Part shown: positions 12,930-26,201 of the stretch, piece by piece | Numbering within the stretch: position 1 is the first letter of the stretch | How the letters are laid out: each line of letters begins with the position of its first letter | Assembly (NCBI GenBank): GCA_951406725.2 | Contig: OX597833.1 | Coordinates: forward strand, 930,001-994,000 | DNA from: Octopus vulgaris | Lineage: Eukaryota | Reading direction: 5' to 3' | Length of the DNA stretch: 64,000 nucleotides | The notes under the pieces: generated by a model | Told to the model about the DNA's origin: nothing | Databases searched by the model: none | What the model saw: only the letters and a program-made list of their open reading frames with translations | Made by a program: the position numbers and the translations under genes

Positions 12930-14265
12930 GTCAAAATGATGTCTAATCTTACATTCAAGTCCGGTCAACGATTTCCGAAGAAGGCCACAGATGCTGCTTG
13001 TACGAGGATTACAAATCAGTGTAGGTGGTATATATGCAACCGCTTTTCTCTTTTGCCTTGCAACCCGAATACTGGTTGCGACAAAGTTTTTAATATCGTT
13101 TCGATCCAACGATTTCCATTTTGTTCGTTCCAAAGCTGTCCGCTCAAAGGTGTTGCGAGTTTACAGTTCTAAGAGGTTACTCTTCAGCTTGTCTTTACAT
13201 CTCAGCTTTGGTCGATCAAAATTCCTGTGCCCACATTCAAGCTGACTAAACATAATGTCTTTTCGTCACTCGTTCTGACGAAATGGCCACAAGAAAGCTC
13301 TTGACTCCACTAATCTTACACTTGCTAAACAGGTCGGCATCAGAAACTCTGTCTTTAAATGAATAACGATAGATTGTCCTCAGCCTTTGTGGAAGATGTC
13401 TAATTGGTTAATGTGCCGTCTATAAGGTATCCACGATATCAAGGCGGCGAGCTGGCAGAAATTTAGCACGCCGGGCGAAATGCGTAGCCGTATTTCGTCT
13501 GCCGTTACGTTCTGAGTTCAAATTCCGCCGAAGTCGACTTTGCCTTTCATCCTTTCGGGGTCGGTTAAATAAGTACCAGTTACGCACTGGGGTCGATGTA
13601 ATCGACTTAATCCGTTTGTCTGTCCTTGTTTGTCCTCTCTGTGCTTAGCCCCTTGTGGGTAATAAAGAAATAGGTATTTCGTCTGTCTTTACGTTCTGAG
13701 TTCAAATTCCGCCGAGCTCGACTTTGCCTCTCTTCCTGTCGGGGTCGATAAATTAAGTACCTGTTAGGCACTGGGGTCGATGTAATCGACTTAATCCGTT
13801 TGTCTGTCCTTGTTTGTCCTCTCTGTGCTTAGCCCCTTGTGGGTAGTAAAGAAATAGGTCTCCACGATTCTGAGCCATACAAGGGAGTAGTAAGAACGGC
13901 ATCTCTATACACCTGTACTTCGTTCTCAATTTTGATGCCCCTTTCAGTCCATTGGCGAGGACGGAGTTTGCCAAATGTGTTGGTTCCCTTTGCAAGACGG
14001 CTGACGTTTTCATCATCAAAGGAAGTGCTCGAATTTACTTTACTACCAAGATATGTAAATGACTTCACATAATTTCGGTTTTCCCGTCAACCTGTGCTGG
14101 AGTGTCAGGAAATTTGTGAAGCGGTGACCTCTGCTTGACCCCTCGAATTTGTGTAGGTGTAGCACAAAGTTGGTGGACTACTTCCGTCTTCTTTATATTG
14201 GTGGTTAACCTAAAGGTTTTACATGCAGCAGAGAACCGGTCTCGAAGTTCCTGGTGTTCCAAGAT
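12930..14265 (-). mobile_element. Duplicated copy of the RTE-like fragment with a family-B SINE dimer
   Basis: ORFs 13829-14068 (KSFTYLGS...LYGSESW) and 14065-14262 (FRLTTNIKKTEVV). Confidence 0.75.
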
Positions 14266-14953
14266 TATCTCCCCTATCCACTATAATAACAATCGTCAAT
14301 TACCTCCCCTTAGATTTTTTCTACTTGTTGAATCATTCAGTCATAAACTGCGCATGGACAAAATAATTTTTCTTAAGAAAATACGTAATTAAATCAATTT
14401 TAATGTCACGATTAACGAAAGTGTGACCGGCCGACAAACACTATATACGATATATCAAATGATATATTAAAACTATGTAATGTGTGTGTGCATTTTACTT
14501 CTTTAATTTCGTATATATATATATATATATATATAAATAATTGATTAATAAGGGTGAGAGAATTAGATACTATATCTATTCAACCCCAAGTGGCCCAGTG
14601 CTTCGAGAAACCTGGATTATTATAATATTTTATTATATATTATAATATTTTATACAAAAATAAATATAAGAGAATGGTCACTATGTGGCTCATTCTAGCA
14701 CTAGAAAATCCAAAAGGTTTCAACCACAAAAATACATGTTCGCCGTGAAAGTCAGTGAATAACAATTTACTTAACCATGTGATTTCCATAGCGTTACAGC
14801 TGTTTCACAACCTGTTGTTACATACCTGGTGGCATTTACATGTATGCAGGGAAGTTTCACACGACAGTTGCATGCTTGTCTCTGAATTCCTATCTAGTTC
14901 TGTGCTTATATACACATGTGAGTGTGTGTGTGTGTGTGTGTGTGCGTTGTGTG

Positions 14954-15330
<377 letters not shown>

Positions 15331-15429
15331 ATCTACCCATCCATCTATACAAACATGAGTTTGTAGAGTTTGTATACACACATACGTAAATATATACGCA
15401 ATTCCATATACTTCTATGCATACAAACAC

Positions 15430-15487
<58 letters not shown>

Positions 15488-15757
15488 TTACATATATTAA
15501 TATGTATATTCTCGCGTGCACTCATACGTGTGTGTGTTTATATCGATACACATTAACACATATGCAAATATTATGCAAATATCCATTGCAAATGTTTCCA
15601 TTATTAACTGTTTATACAAATGTGATTCTTATTAAATTAATACACTTCGGTGCACAAAACTAATTATTGCAGTAAATAAGTGCAATTTCAATGAATTCTT
15701 TTTCCATAAACATATTCGTTAAAGAAATCTCCAAAAGACAGACACATTTTCAATTGC

Positions 15758-15763
15758 TTTATT
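15758..15763 (-). terminator. Candidate polyadenylation signal AATAAA of gene B
   Basis: Lies in a ~240-bp block (15571-15810) nearly identical to 35484-35722 behind gene A, followed on the sense strand by a GT/T-rich stretch. Confidence 0.5.
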
Positions 15764-16010
15764 TATCATAATTCCACACGGGTTTTACATTTAAAATTCG
15801 TATATAAAATATAATCCAAATACCTTGATTTACTTCATAAAACAATAATATTTAACTTTTAAAGCAAAATAATTTTGCTGTAGTTCTTAGATAATTTTAC
15901 TTCTGACTCTTTTGTTAACAAATGTTCGCTTTAATCTGATGGAACTTTGTAAGTATATTCAGAATGTTTGTGTATTATAGTGTAACTAAAATGCGGAATT
16001 GCTAATATTA

Positions 16011-16265
16011 TTGGGTTGGTACATAAATATTGCGGCATTTATTTTTTCCAACAAATTTTTTTCGACAAAAACAATAACAATATTTACCAAAAACATTTGA
16101 AAATGACGGTCTAACTGTCTGCCAAGCAAATGGGAAGCAGTAATTGAAGTAGATGGTGAATATGCTCCGGAATATTCATTTAAAGATGTTTTTGTTACAT
16201 GTTGTTATTGTTTTTGTTGAATAAAATTTGTAGAAAAATGCCGCAATAATTATGCACCGACGTAA
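16011..16265 (+). mobile_element. Mariner-derived MITE in the 3' UTR of gene B
   Basis: Inverted termini TTGGGTTGGTACATAAATATTGCGGCATTT / AAAATGCCGCAATAATTATGCACCGACGTAA with TA flanks, an internal transposase C-terminal remnant (LPSKWEAVIEVDGEY), and absence from the paralogous site in A (~35918). Confidence 0.8.
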
Positions 16266-17165
16266 TATTAGTTGTTTACGTTACTACAGTTAGTATTTCT
16301 ACAGTTAGTGACATACAAGGATTATAATTAACATGTTTAATTAGTATCTAAAAATATATAAAGTGTATATATAATCTTGGACAGGAGAAGTTCGATGTTT
16401 GTTGTACCCCGTCACTAACATCACTGGTCGATACCAAATCCAAATAACGTCCATTGGAATCTGTAAATAAGAAAATGAATGCGTAAGGAATACTTTGAAT
16501 GGAATTTAGATAACTTTTGACCAGTGCTGTCGGTCGGTAGGTGGATCGTAAAGGTAAGAGGGATAAACCCCAAAGAAGCGAACGATAAAAGAAAAATTAA
16601 AGAACACACCAACAGGGGAAGTAACCAACATTTCGACTGGGACGAGACTCGAGTGTGAGAGATGCAACACTATAGAATAAATAAATATACAGACACGTTG
16701 AAGGCTGCCATTTTGTGTGTGATGTATAAAACAAAGGGAAACCACTCGATCCTTGGAAACGGTCTTTTCTGTGGATTTAACGGGGCCATCATTCAGGCAG
16801 AGAGTGGTGTTTTTGTATAACTGGCTTATTTGATATACTAAATGGTATCCATAGCACTCTACAGGCCGATCTCTGTGACATTTGGTCTAAATAACTGTTG
16901 GTAGACACCTTTACAGAATAGAGCTCTTGGGTCCCACGGAGAGGGAGCTCCACAGCTGTAGGGGTTAACTGTACCAAGAAGCTTGAACCACCCCCACCAC
17001 CACACCCATGTATATGAAGAGGGCGAAAACGAGTTTGCGGAACGATAAGGAGGGGTAGGAAGGAGATGAATGAGAGGAAAATTAAGAAGCAAAAAGAAAA
17101 CGGAAAAGAAAGTAATTTATCTTTACAAACCTTCGTTATCGTCTTTGTGCAAAAAAAAGATGACA

Positions 17166-17260
17166 CTATCGAGAAATTGCAGCAACCAAAAACAGAAGAA
17201 TGAGATTGACGACCAAAATCCATTTAGTGTACAACATACCAGAAGCAGCGCTGGGAAAAC
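17166..17260 (-). CDS. Gene B exon 4: GPI-anchor-signal-like C-terminus
   Basis: Acceptor ttttgccttacag, then (G)FPSAASGMLYTKWILVVNLILLFLVAAISR*: small residues, spacer and terminal hydrophobic run; homologous to A exon 4. Confidence 0.8.
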
Positions 17261-17295
17261 CTGTAAGGCAAAATGTAGATGTTTCAATGAAAATA

Positions 17296-20205
17296 TAAGG
17301 TTGTTTCACGTAAAATGTATTTGAAAGGTAACAATAAAATGTTTCAGAAGTGTTAGAGAACTGATTTATTTAATCAAAGTATGATCCATGTTCATTTAAG
17401 ACGTTTACCCAACGTTTTTCCATGTCATATCCTCCATCTTTAAAAAAACAATTCATCTTTTCTCCTGGGATAAACTGTCCGAGTGCTTCAATTACCTCTT
17501 CTCTATTTAAGAATGTTTTATTGCTTATGAAAAGCCCAAAATGCTTAAATAAGTGATAATTAGTAGGAGAAATATCAGGGGAATAGGGAGGATGTTGCAA
17601 AATCTCATAATTATTCCGGTTTTGCGACTTCTAGACCGTAACTCGAGGAGTGTGAGGACATACATTGTCATGGAGCAGAACTGGACCATCTCTCTTCACT
17701 AGTCTGGGTTGCTTCTTTTTCAAATTCTGATGAATACAATCAATTTCCTGGCAATACGATGTTGCTGTTACCGTCTTTCTTTGTTGCAAAAATGAATAAT
17801 GAATAACTCCCTTCACAGACCACCATAGAGTGACCACTAACGTTTTAGGGTGCAATGGTGGGTCTGGGTAGTGTTCAGGTGACTCTCCTGCATCTGACCA
17901 CTGTCCTGTTCTCCTGCTGTTGTCAAAGAGCATCCATAGAGTGACCACTAACGTTTTAGGGTGCAATGGTGGGTTTGGGTAGTGTTTAGGTGACTCTCCT
18001 GCATCTGACCACTGTCCTGTTCTCCTGCTGTTGTCAAAGAGCATCCATAGAGTGACCACTAACGTTTTAGGGTGCAATGGTGGGTCTGGGTAGTGTTTAG
18101 GTGACTCTCCTGCATCTGACCACTGTCCTGTTCTCCTGCTGTTGTCAATGAGCATCCATAGAGTGACCACTAACCTTTTAGGGTACAATGGTGGGTTTAG
18201 GTAGTGTTCAGGTGACTCTCCTGCATCTGACCACTGTCCTTCTCTCCTGCTGTTGTCAAAGAGCATCCATAGAGTGACCACTAACGTTTTAGGGTGCAAT
18301 GGTGGGTCTGGGTAGTGTTCAGGTGACTCTCCTGCATCTGACCACTGTCCTGTTCTCCTGCTGTTGTCAAAGAGCATCCATAGAGTGACCACTAACGTTT
18401 TAGGGTGCAATGGTGGGTTTGGGTAGTGTTTAGGTGACTCTCCTGCATCTGACCACTGTCCTGTTCTCCTGCTGTTGTCAAAGAGCATCCATAGAGTGAC
18501 CACTAACGTTTTAGGGTGCAATGGTGGGTCTGGGTAGTGTTCAGGTGACTCTCCTGCATCTGACCAATGTCCTTCTCTCCTGCTGTTGTCAAAGAGCATC
18601 CATAGAGTGACCACTAACGTTTTAGGGTGCAATGGTGGGTTTGGGTAGTGTTCAGGTGACTCTCCTGCATCTGACCACTGTCCTGTTCTCCTGCTGTTGT
18701 CAAAGAGCATCCATAGAGTGACCACTAACGTTTTAGGGTGCAATGGTGGGTTTGGGTAGTGTTCAGGTGACTCTCCTGCATCTGACCACTGTCCTGTTCT
18801 CCTGCTGTTGTCAAAGAGCATCCATAGAGTGACCACTAACGTTTTAGGGTGCAATGGTGGGTCTGGGTAGTGTTCAGGTGACTCTCCTGCATCTGACCAC
18901 TGTCCTGTTCTCCTGCTGTTGTCAAAGAGCATCCATAGAGTGACCACTAACGTTTTAGGGTGCAATGGTGGGTCTGGGTAGTGTTCAGGTGACTCTCCTG
19001 CATCTGACCACTGTCCTGTTCTCCTGCTGTTGTCAAAGAGCATCCATAGAGTGACCACTAACGTTTTAGGGTGCAATGGTGGGTCTGGGTAGTGTTCAGG
19101 TGACTCTCCTGCCTCTGACCACTGTCCTGTTCTCCTGCTGTTGTCAAAGAGCATCCATAGAGTGACCACTAACGCTTTAGGGTGCAATGGTGGGTCTGGG
19201 TAGTGTTCAGGTGACTCTCCTGCATCTGACCACTGTCCTGTTCTCCTGCTGTTGTCAAAGAGCTTCCATTTTTCTTCACAAATAATGATTTGATGCAAAA
19301 ATGGTCTTTTTCCAGTCAAGAAACAAGGAGCACACTTCGAGGCGTCTGTTGTTTTGAATCACGTTCAGTTGATGTGGACGAAACGTATCCGTTTTCTGGA
19401 CTTTTGACTTGACCAATGTTTTACAGGTGTCCACAAACAGTTGTATTTAGAATTCTGCTGAAAGTTTTCGAATCTTTGTTCTTGGATTTTGTTCAACCAA
19501 AGCAATCTATCAGGTGTGCACGCCGTTTGTTAAAAGCGCCTACCCGCTGCTCGTCTCTTTGACGAAGCGACAGTCCTGGACCAAGCATAGACAGAGACAG
19601 GGCTCCAAGCGCTCACAGTTCTCAGTCAGACGGGCAATGCGGTCAGCTCGACCATGGATTTCTATATGGGATTAGTGGAGCACAAGAGAGACGACTTTCT
19701 GGGGGAAACTATGGGAATTGCGGATGAAGCGTCGTTCTAGGAATTTTACCGCAAACATATTTGTCGCAGGAAAATTAGCCTCAAGATTCTTGGCCATAAC
19801 AAACTTTCCGGATACGCTCCGCATGACCAATTTCCAGGAACTGAAACAAATAACTGATTTGGGCCTACCCCTTGGTATATTTCCAAGGCTATCATCTCCT
19901 GAACGAGAGCTTTTGAGCCATCTGTGACTAGTTCTAATGTCAACAAAACCATTACCAAAGACCCGCTTGATATTCCGTAGAGCTTCTGCGGCAGAGTGAA
20001 TGAGTTTGTACTCATACGAAAAAAATCACTCAACATAGTTTGGTTGTTATCCTTTTCATGAGGTCTGCGGGTATGAATTTTGTAAACCAATATTGTTGGG
20101 AAAGAAAAAGAGTCAAGATTAAATGCAGGGTATACATAATTGAGTTTTTAAATGACTGAAATAACAAGTAGTTAAAAATGTGACATTTCATGTAAAATAA
20201 CCTAA
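17296..20205 (-). mobile_element. Hsmar1-like mariner DNA transposon (dead) in intron 3 of gene B
   Basis: Degenerate TIRs TAAGGTTGTTTCACGTAAAATGT / TTAGGTTATTTTACATGAAATGT. The TA duplication (17294-5, 20206-7) is confirmed by the empty site in gene A (~37802). Transposase remnants include the N-terminal HTH (YEYKLIHSAAEALRNI...GRPKS), ICEEKW, LLHDN and HPPYSPDISPTNY. Confidence 0.9.
17824..19266 (-). repeat. 13 x 111-bp in-frame tandem repeat within the mariner catalytic domain
   Basis: The 37-aa unit (M/K)LFDNSRRTGQWSDAGESPEHYPDPPLHPKTLVVTLW is repeated 13 times in ORF 17631-19319. Confidence 0.95.
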
Positions 20206-20993
20206 TATTTACGGATAAATTCATATCTGCATATGTACATATATGCTTTGATGTTTATACGTACGCTACATTTTCATATACTAGTTTAAAATATCAGTCT
20301 GCTGACGCGCAACCCTCTGTGATATCAAACCTAACGAGAAACTATTCTGTTATGCAAACTAAGAAAGCACGTGTTACTTTCAATGTGCTCTCATTGGTTG
20401 GAAGGATTACCAAAGAGCAATTACGGCAGATGTGCTAAATATACAGGTGTACAGGAATTACAAGTAGGGAAGGTTGTTATGAAATACCTTCAGAAACCGT
20501 TTAGTTGACTTCTGCTTCTAGAAGCCATTTAACCAGCTAAATATTAGACCGCAAAAGAAAAAAGAAGAAACCTAATTAGTGTTGAGATTTCTATTAAATC
20601 AATGACCTAATTAGTGTTGAAGTTCGAGGCGATGTATCTTAGAAAACGCTTTGAATATTTATGGGCCCGGGAACAGGGAGTGGAGATGATGCAAGTGCAC
20701 CCCCTAGAATTTTTGTGGAGTGCAGAACCAAAATTTGCAGCCCTACTTATTTTCCTCGAATTTAGAAAACGGTAAATAAGAGATGTGTAAAAAGTAGCTT
20801 GAAGTTAGGTTCCTTCTCAAAGAACAAAACAAAAATAACAAAAAAGAAGACACTGTTTGTAAATATTTTTGGACCTGGGTTTGCATCCCCTAAGCAAATT
20901 TCATTCCCGAGCCAGTGTATTCAACCGTAAAATCTAAGGAATGCAACAATGTTTTCTGTCTGCAAGAAGACAAGCAGCAGGGAATACTTTTAA

Positions 20994-21213
20994 CCCTTTA
21001 GTGTTCAGATTACTCTGTTAAATGTAATACTTTTTCACTCAAATTGTTTTGAATTAATTATGCATTATCTCATAGCTTTGAGGTTTCAATGATGTGATTG
21101 TATATTTTTTGAATGTCAATGTAGGTTAGGTTTGAGGGGCTAGATATTCCCAGTTTGATTATAAAACAGGTAGAATATTTGGGCCAGATATGGCCGGTTT
21201 AAACACTAAAGGG
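20994..21213. mobile_element. piggyBac-type MITE in intron 3 of gene B
   Basis: TIR CCCTTTAGTGTT, TTAA duplicated at 20990-3 and 21214-7; gene A has a single TTAA at the paralogous empty site (~38305). Confidence 0.9.
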
Positions 21214-21326
21214 TTAAATATTTTTGTTAAAGGATCACAACAGGAGACCCGTAACAATGGTCTTCGTATGAGGACATAGAAAAGCTTTATACAGTGAACA
21301 ATGAAACACAAAGAATATTTACTTAC

Positions 21327-21647
21327 CCATGTGTGGTTGACTGACTACTTTGGTACGTGTCTCTTGAAATACTGTACAGGCAATGGTTGTAGGATTAGCG
21401 GAGTGATCGTGGCCCAAATGGTGATGATAAGATGAAGTTACGTTAGCATAGCATGTGTCCGAACCCCAAACATTCACTTTGTCCCATTTCTCGCTCGTCA
21501 TTTGAAAACCGTGCATTACTTTCCAGTGAAAGACGACTTCATTTTGAGAAGGTAATGCAACATGTGCCGTACAGTTGAATACATCCACGTGTTTCATCGC
21601 AGCATCATGGTTGTGGACGTGCTCCAGACTGTGAAGAGAAGATTTCA
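21327..21647 (-). CDS. Gene B exon 3: His-rich C2-like Ig domain
   Basis: ttttattttcag acceptor and gtaagt donor, 321 nt. Motifs FNCTA...FHWK...CYANVTSS...TIACTV give the Ig B-strand Cys, C-strand Trp and F-strand Cys plus one extra Cys. Confidence 0.88.
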
Positions 21648-21829
21648 CTGAAAATAAAACAGACATTAGAATAATAGAATCAAAATAACGAACTGGATGT
21701 AGGCGCTGAAACAAATGAAAGCGTTGATACAAAACTAGAATGCTGAACCCTGAGGTGTCTCTGGTAACTTTTAGGGCTGATGTTTCCAGAAAAAGCAATG
21801 CTAGAGGAAGGTGAAGTAGAGTCTATATA

Positions 21830-22060
21830 CTCTTTTATTTTTTTACTTTTGTTTCAGTCATTTGATTGCGGCTATGCTGGAGCAAATCGACCCCAGGACT
21901 TATTCTTTGTAAGCCCAGTACTTTTTCTATCGGTCTATTTTGCCGAACCGCTAAGTTACGGGGACGTAAGCACACCAGCATCGGTTGTCAAGCGATGTTG
22001 GGAGGACAAACACACACGCACACACACACACACACGCACGCACGCACGCACGCACACACA

Positions 22061-22122
<62 letters not shown>

Positions 22123-22285
22123 ATGGGCTTCTTTCAGTTTCCGTCTACCAAATCCACTCACAAGGCTTTGGTCGGCTCGAGGCTATAGTAGAAGACACTT
22201 GCCCAAGGTGCCACGCAGTGGGACTGAACCCAGAACCATGTGGTTGGTAAGCAAGCTACTTACCGCACAGCCACTTCTACGCCTA
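21830..22285 (-). mobile_element. Family-A SINE in intron 2 of gene B
   Basis: Matches the family-A consensus, with an expanded (CA)n core. Confidence 0.85.
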
Positions 22286-22340
22286 TATGGCGACAATATC
22301 TACATAAACACAGAAGTGTGCGCGTACACGCATGCATACA

Positions 22341-22397
<57 letters not shown>

Positions 22398-22567
22398 TCT
22401 TCTGTTTTATTTGTTTCAGTCATTTGACTGCGGCAATGCTGGAGCACCGCCTTGTTGGGTTTTAGTCGAAAAATTCCCCCCAGGACTTATCTTTAAGCCC
22501 AGCACCTATTCTTATTTCTTTATTGCCCACAAGGGGCAAACACGGAGATGGTTATTGTATGGAAGCT

Positions 22568-22937
22568 AATAGGCCGGATGGTTATTGTATGGAAGCTAAT
22601 AGGCCGGATATAGTTGTCAGAGATCACCAAGAAAAATACGCTTTCTAATCGATATATCAATACCAACAGATGACAATGTTTCTCTAAAATAAACGGAGAA
22701 ACTTTCAAAATACAAAAAAACTGGAAAATCGAATGTGGAGCCTAAAAACTGAAACGATTCCTCTATGATAGTAATTATATTAGGTATGATAAAAAACATT
22801 CAGACAAATACATAACAAAATCATCAGGATTTATAAAGTTTATATAAGATACAGAAAATAGCACTAAGGACGGACGAAATGCTGCTAAGCACTTTGCCCT
22901 CCTCGGTACCGATCCTGCCAGCTCGCAGTCTTATATG

Positions 22938-22940
<3 letters not shown>
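22568..22940 (+). mobile_element. 3' remnant of an RLE-type (R4/Dong-like) non-LTR retrotransposon abutting (TAA)n
   Basis: Translates NRPDIVVRDHQE...FLIDISIPTDDNVSLK*TEKLSKYK...IQKIAL, a PD-(D/E)xK restriction-like endonuclease signature, and ends directly in the (AAT)n array. Confidence 0.65.
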
Positions 22941-23970
<1,030 letters not shown>

Positions 23971-24060
23971 CACACCATCACAAATTTTATGAGAATCTTT
24001 AAAATATAAAATATGAATATTGTTGAATAGCGAAAATTGTGACGGGAATGGAGAACTGAC

Positions 24061-24387
24061 CTTTTAGCGACGCTGGACTGGAAACATGTGTGTCATTTAC
24101 ACTACATCTGTATGAGGTTGCATCATGGCAATTGAGGTTCCTTTTCCAGCAGTCAACCATACTATGCCCCCATTTTGTTTTAGGGTTGCTACAGTAGAAA
24201 TCCTTCGCGTTTGTTACGATATACTTCCCTGTATGATTGTCGTGTTCCATTTTCGAAACGACGGTTCCATTCTGGTGGAGAGAGAATGAATGGAAATCTG
24301 TCGCATTGAAATGGCAGGAAATGCGCATTTCTGTTGAGTCTCCAATAGCGAAACCATGGGCGGGTGAGAGGGTTATTTCGACCTCTG
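24061..24387 (-). CDS. Gene B exon 2: V-like Ig domain
   Basis: ctcttccag acceptor (CAGCAG tandem) and gtcagt donor, 327 nt. Reads AEVEITLSPAHGFAIG...ISC...FSLHQNG...FYC...VDCWKRNLNCHDATSYRCS, containing the DxxxYxC V-type motif. Confidence 0.88.
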
Positions 24388-24456
24388 CTGGAAGAGAAAG
24401 CGGAAGAGGGGGGGAAAAAAGTTTATTAGGAATATATGTTGTGAAACGTGAGATAT

Positions 24457-25132
24457 AGAAGAAGAAGAAGGAGGGCGAGGAGAAGAAGAAGAAGAAGAAG
24501 AAGAAGAAGAAGGAGAAGAAGAAGAAGAAGAAGAAGAAGAAGAAGAAGAAGAAGAAGAAGAAGAAGAAGAAGAAGGAGAAGAAGAAAGAGAAGGCAGAGG
24601 AGGAGAAGAAGAAGAAGAAGAAGGAGGAGGAGGAGGAGAAGAAGAAGAAGAAAGAGAAGAAAGAGAAGGAGAGGAGAAGAAGAAGAAGAAGAAGTAGAAG
24701 GAGGAGGAGGAGGAGGAGGAGGAGGAGAAAAAGAAAAAGAAGAAGAAGAGGCAGTAGAAGCAGCTGAAGAAGGAGAAGACGAAGGAGAAGAAAAAGAAGG
24801 GGAATAAGGAAGGCGAGGAGAAGAAGGAGGAGGAGGAGAAGAAGCAGAAGAAGAAGAAGCAGAAGAAGAATAAGAAGAAGCAGAAGAAGAAGAAGAAGAA
24901 GAAGAAGAAGAAGAAGAAGAAGAAGAAGGAGGAAGAGAAGAAGAAGGAGGAAGAGAAGAAGAAGCAGAAGCAGCTGAAGAGGAAGGAGAAGGAGAAGAAG
25001 AAGAAGAAGGAAAAGAAGAGGAAGAAAAAGAAGAGAAGAAGGAGATGAAGGAGATGAAGGAGAAGAAGGAGAAAAAGAAGTAGAAGAAAGAGAAGAAAGA
25101 GAAATTACAAAGTAGGAAGAGAAAGAGAAGAA
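24457..25132. repeat. (GAA/GGA)n purine tract next to the exon-2 acceptor of gene B
   Basis: Seen directly; counterpart in gene A at 42771-43230. Confidence 0.95.
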
Positions 25133-25596
25133 AACTTAGGAGATATTTCAACTAATGTCCTTCTCATCTTGCTTGTTATAATCACAATGCTTCGACTGTT
25201 GTTTACCCCGGACATCTTCGGGTCCCTCTCCAATTAAATAATAAGCTCGGGGATAGATCATCCTCATTCAGTTGTCCACTTGGGCTAAGGATTTTCTCTT
25301 TATTAATTAATCCTTTTGTTAATTTTGATGCTTCCTTTTTACCCCCGAAATGTTATATAAGCTTGACTAACTCAGTAATTGAACGCACACCGACTAATTA
25401 CAGTAGTACACTTAACTGTTGATCATTATTCCCTTGTGCTTCAGGTAAATAAGATAGGGTGAAATACTGAGCTACAAAATCTGTTTTTATGGCTGTAGTT
25501 TTGTTAACTTTTCTTCTTTATTAAAATAAAAGACTGCCCTAAGGTGTCCATCGCTATGCTAGGCCTACTGAGGAGCTTACGTAAACTCTGAGTATG

Positions 25597-26201
25597 TACC
25601 TATTTCTTTACTACCCACAAGGGGCTAAACACAGAGGGAACAAACAAGGACAGACAAACGGATTAAATCGATTACATAGACCCCAGTGCGTAACTGGTAC
25701 TTATTTAATCGACCTCGAAAGGATGAAAGGCAAAGTCGACCTCGGCGGAATTTGAACTCAGAACGTAGCGGCAGACGAAATACCTATTTCTTTACTACCC
25801 ACAAGGGGCTAAACACAGAGGGGACAAACAAGGACAGACAAACGGATTAAATCGATTACATAGACCCCAGTGCGTAACTGGTACTTATTTAATCGACCTC
25901 GAAAGGATGAAAGGCAAAGTCGACCTCGGCGAAATTTGAACTCAGAACGTAGCGGCAGACGAAATACCTATTTCTTTACTACCCACAAGGGGCTAAACAC
26001 AGAGGGGACAAACAAGGACAGACAAACGGATTAAATCGATTACATAGACACCAGTGCGTAACTGGTACTTATTTAATCGACCTCGAAAGGATGAAAGGCA
26101 AAGTCGACCTCGGCGAAATTTGAACTCAGAACGTAACGTCAGACGAAATACCACAAAGCATTTCGCCCGTCGTGCTAACGTTTCTGCCAGCTCGCCGCCT
26201 T
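25597..26201 (-). mobile_element. Family-B SINE trimer (184-bp period)
   Basis: TACCTATTTCTTTACTACCC at 25597, 25781 and 25965, with a single head ending at 26201. Confidence 0.9.

Noticed and set aside
17824-19266. CRISPR-like array (also the 184-bp SINE multimers)
   Set aside because: No unique spacers, eukaryotic context and no cas genes.
17631-19319. 562-aa ORF as a novel repeat protein or SETMAR-like domesticated transposase
   Set aside because: It sits within TIR/TA-bounded mariner DNA with a disrupted N-terminus, altered catalytic residues and an internal stop; the frame stays open simply because the unit is 111 bp.
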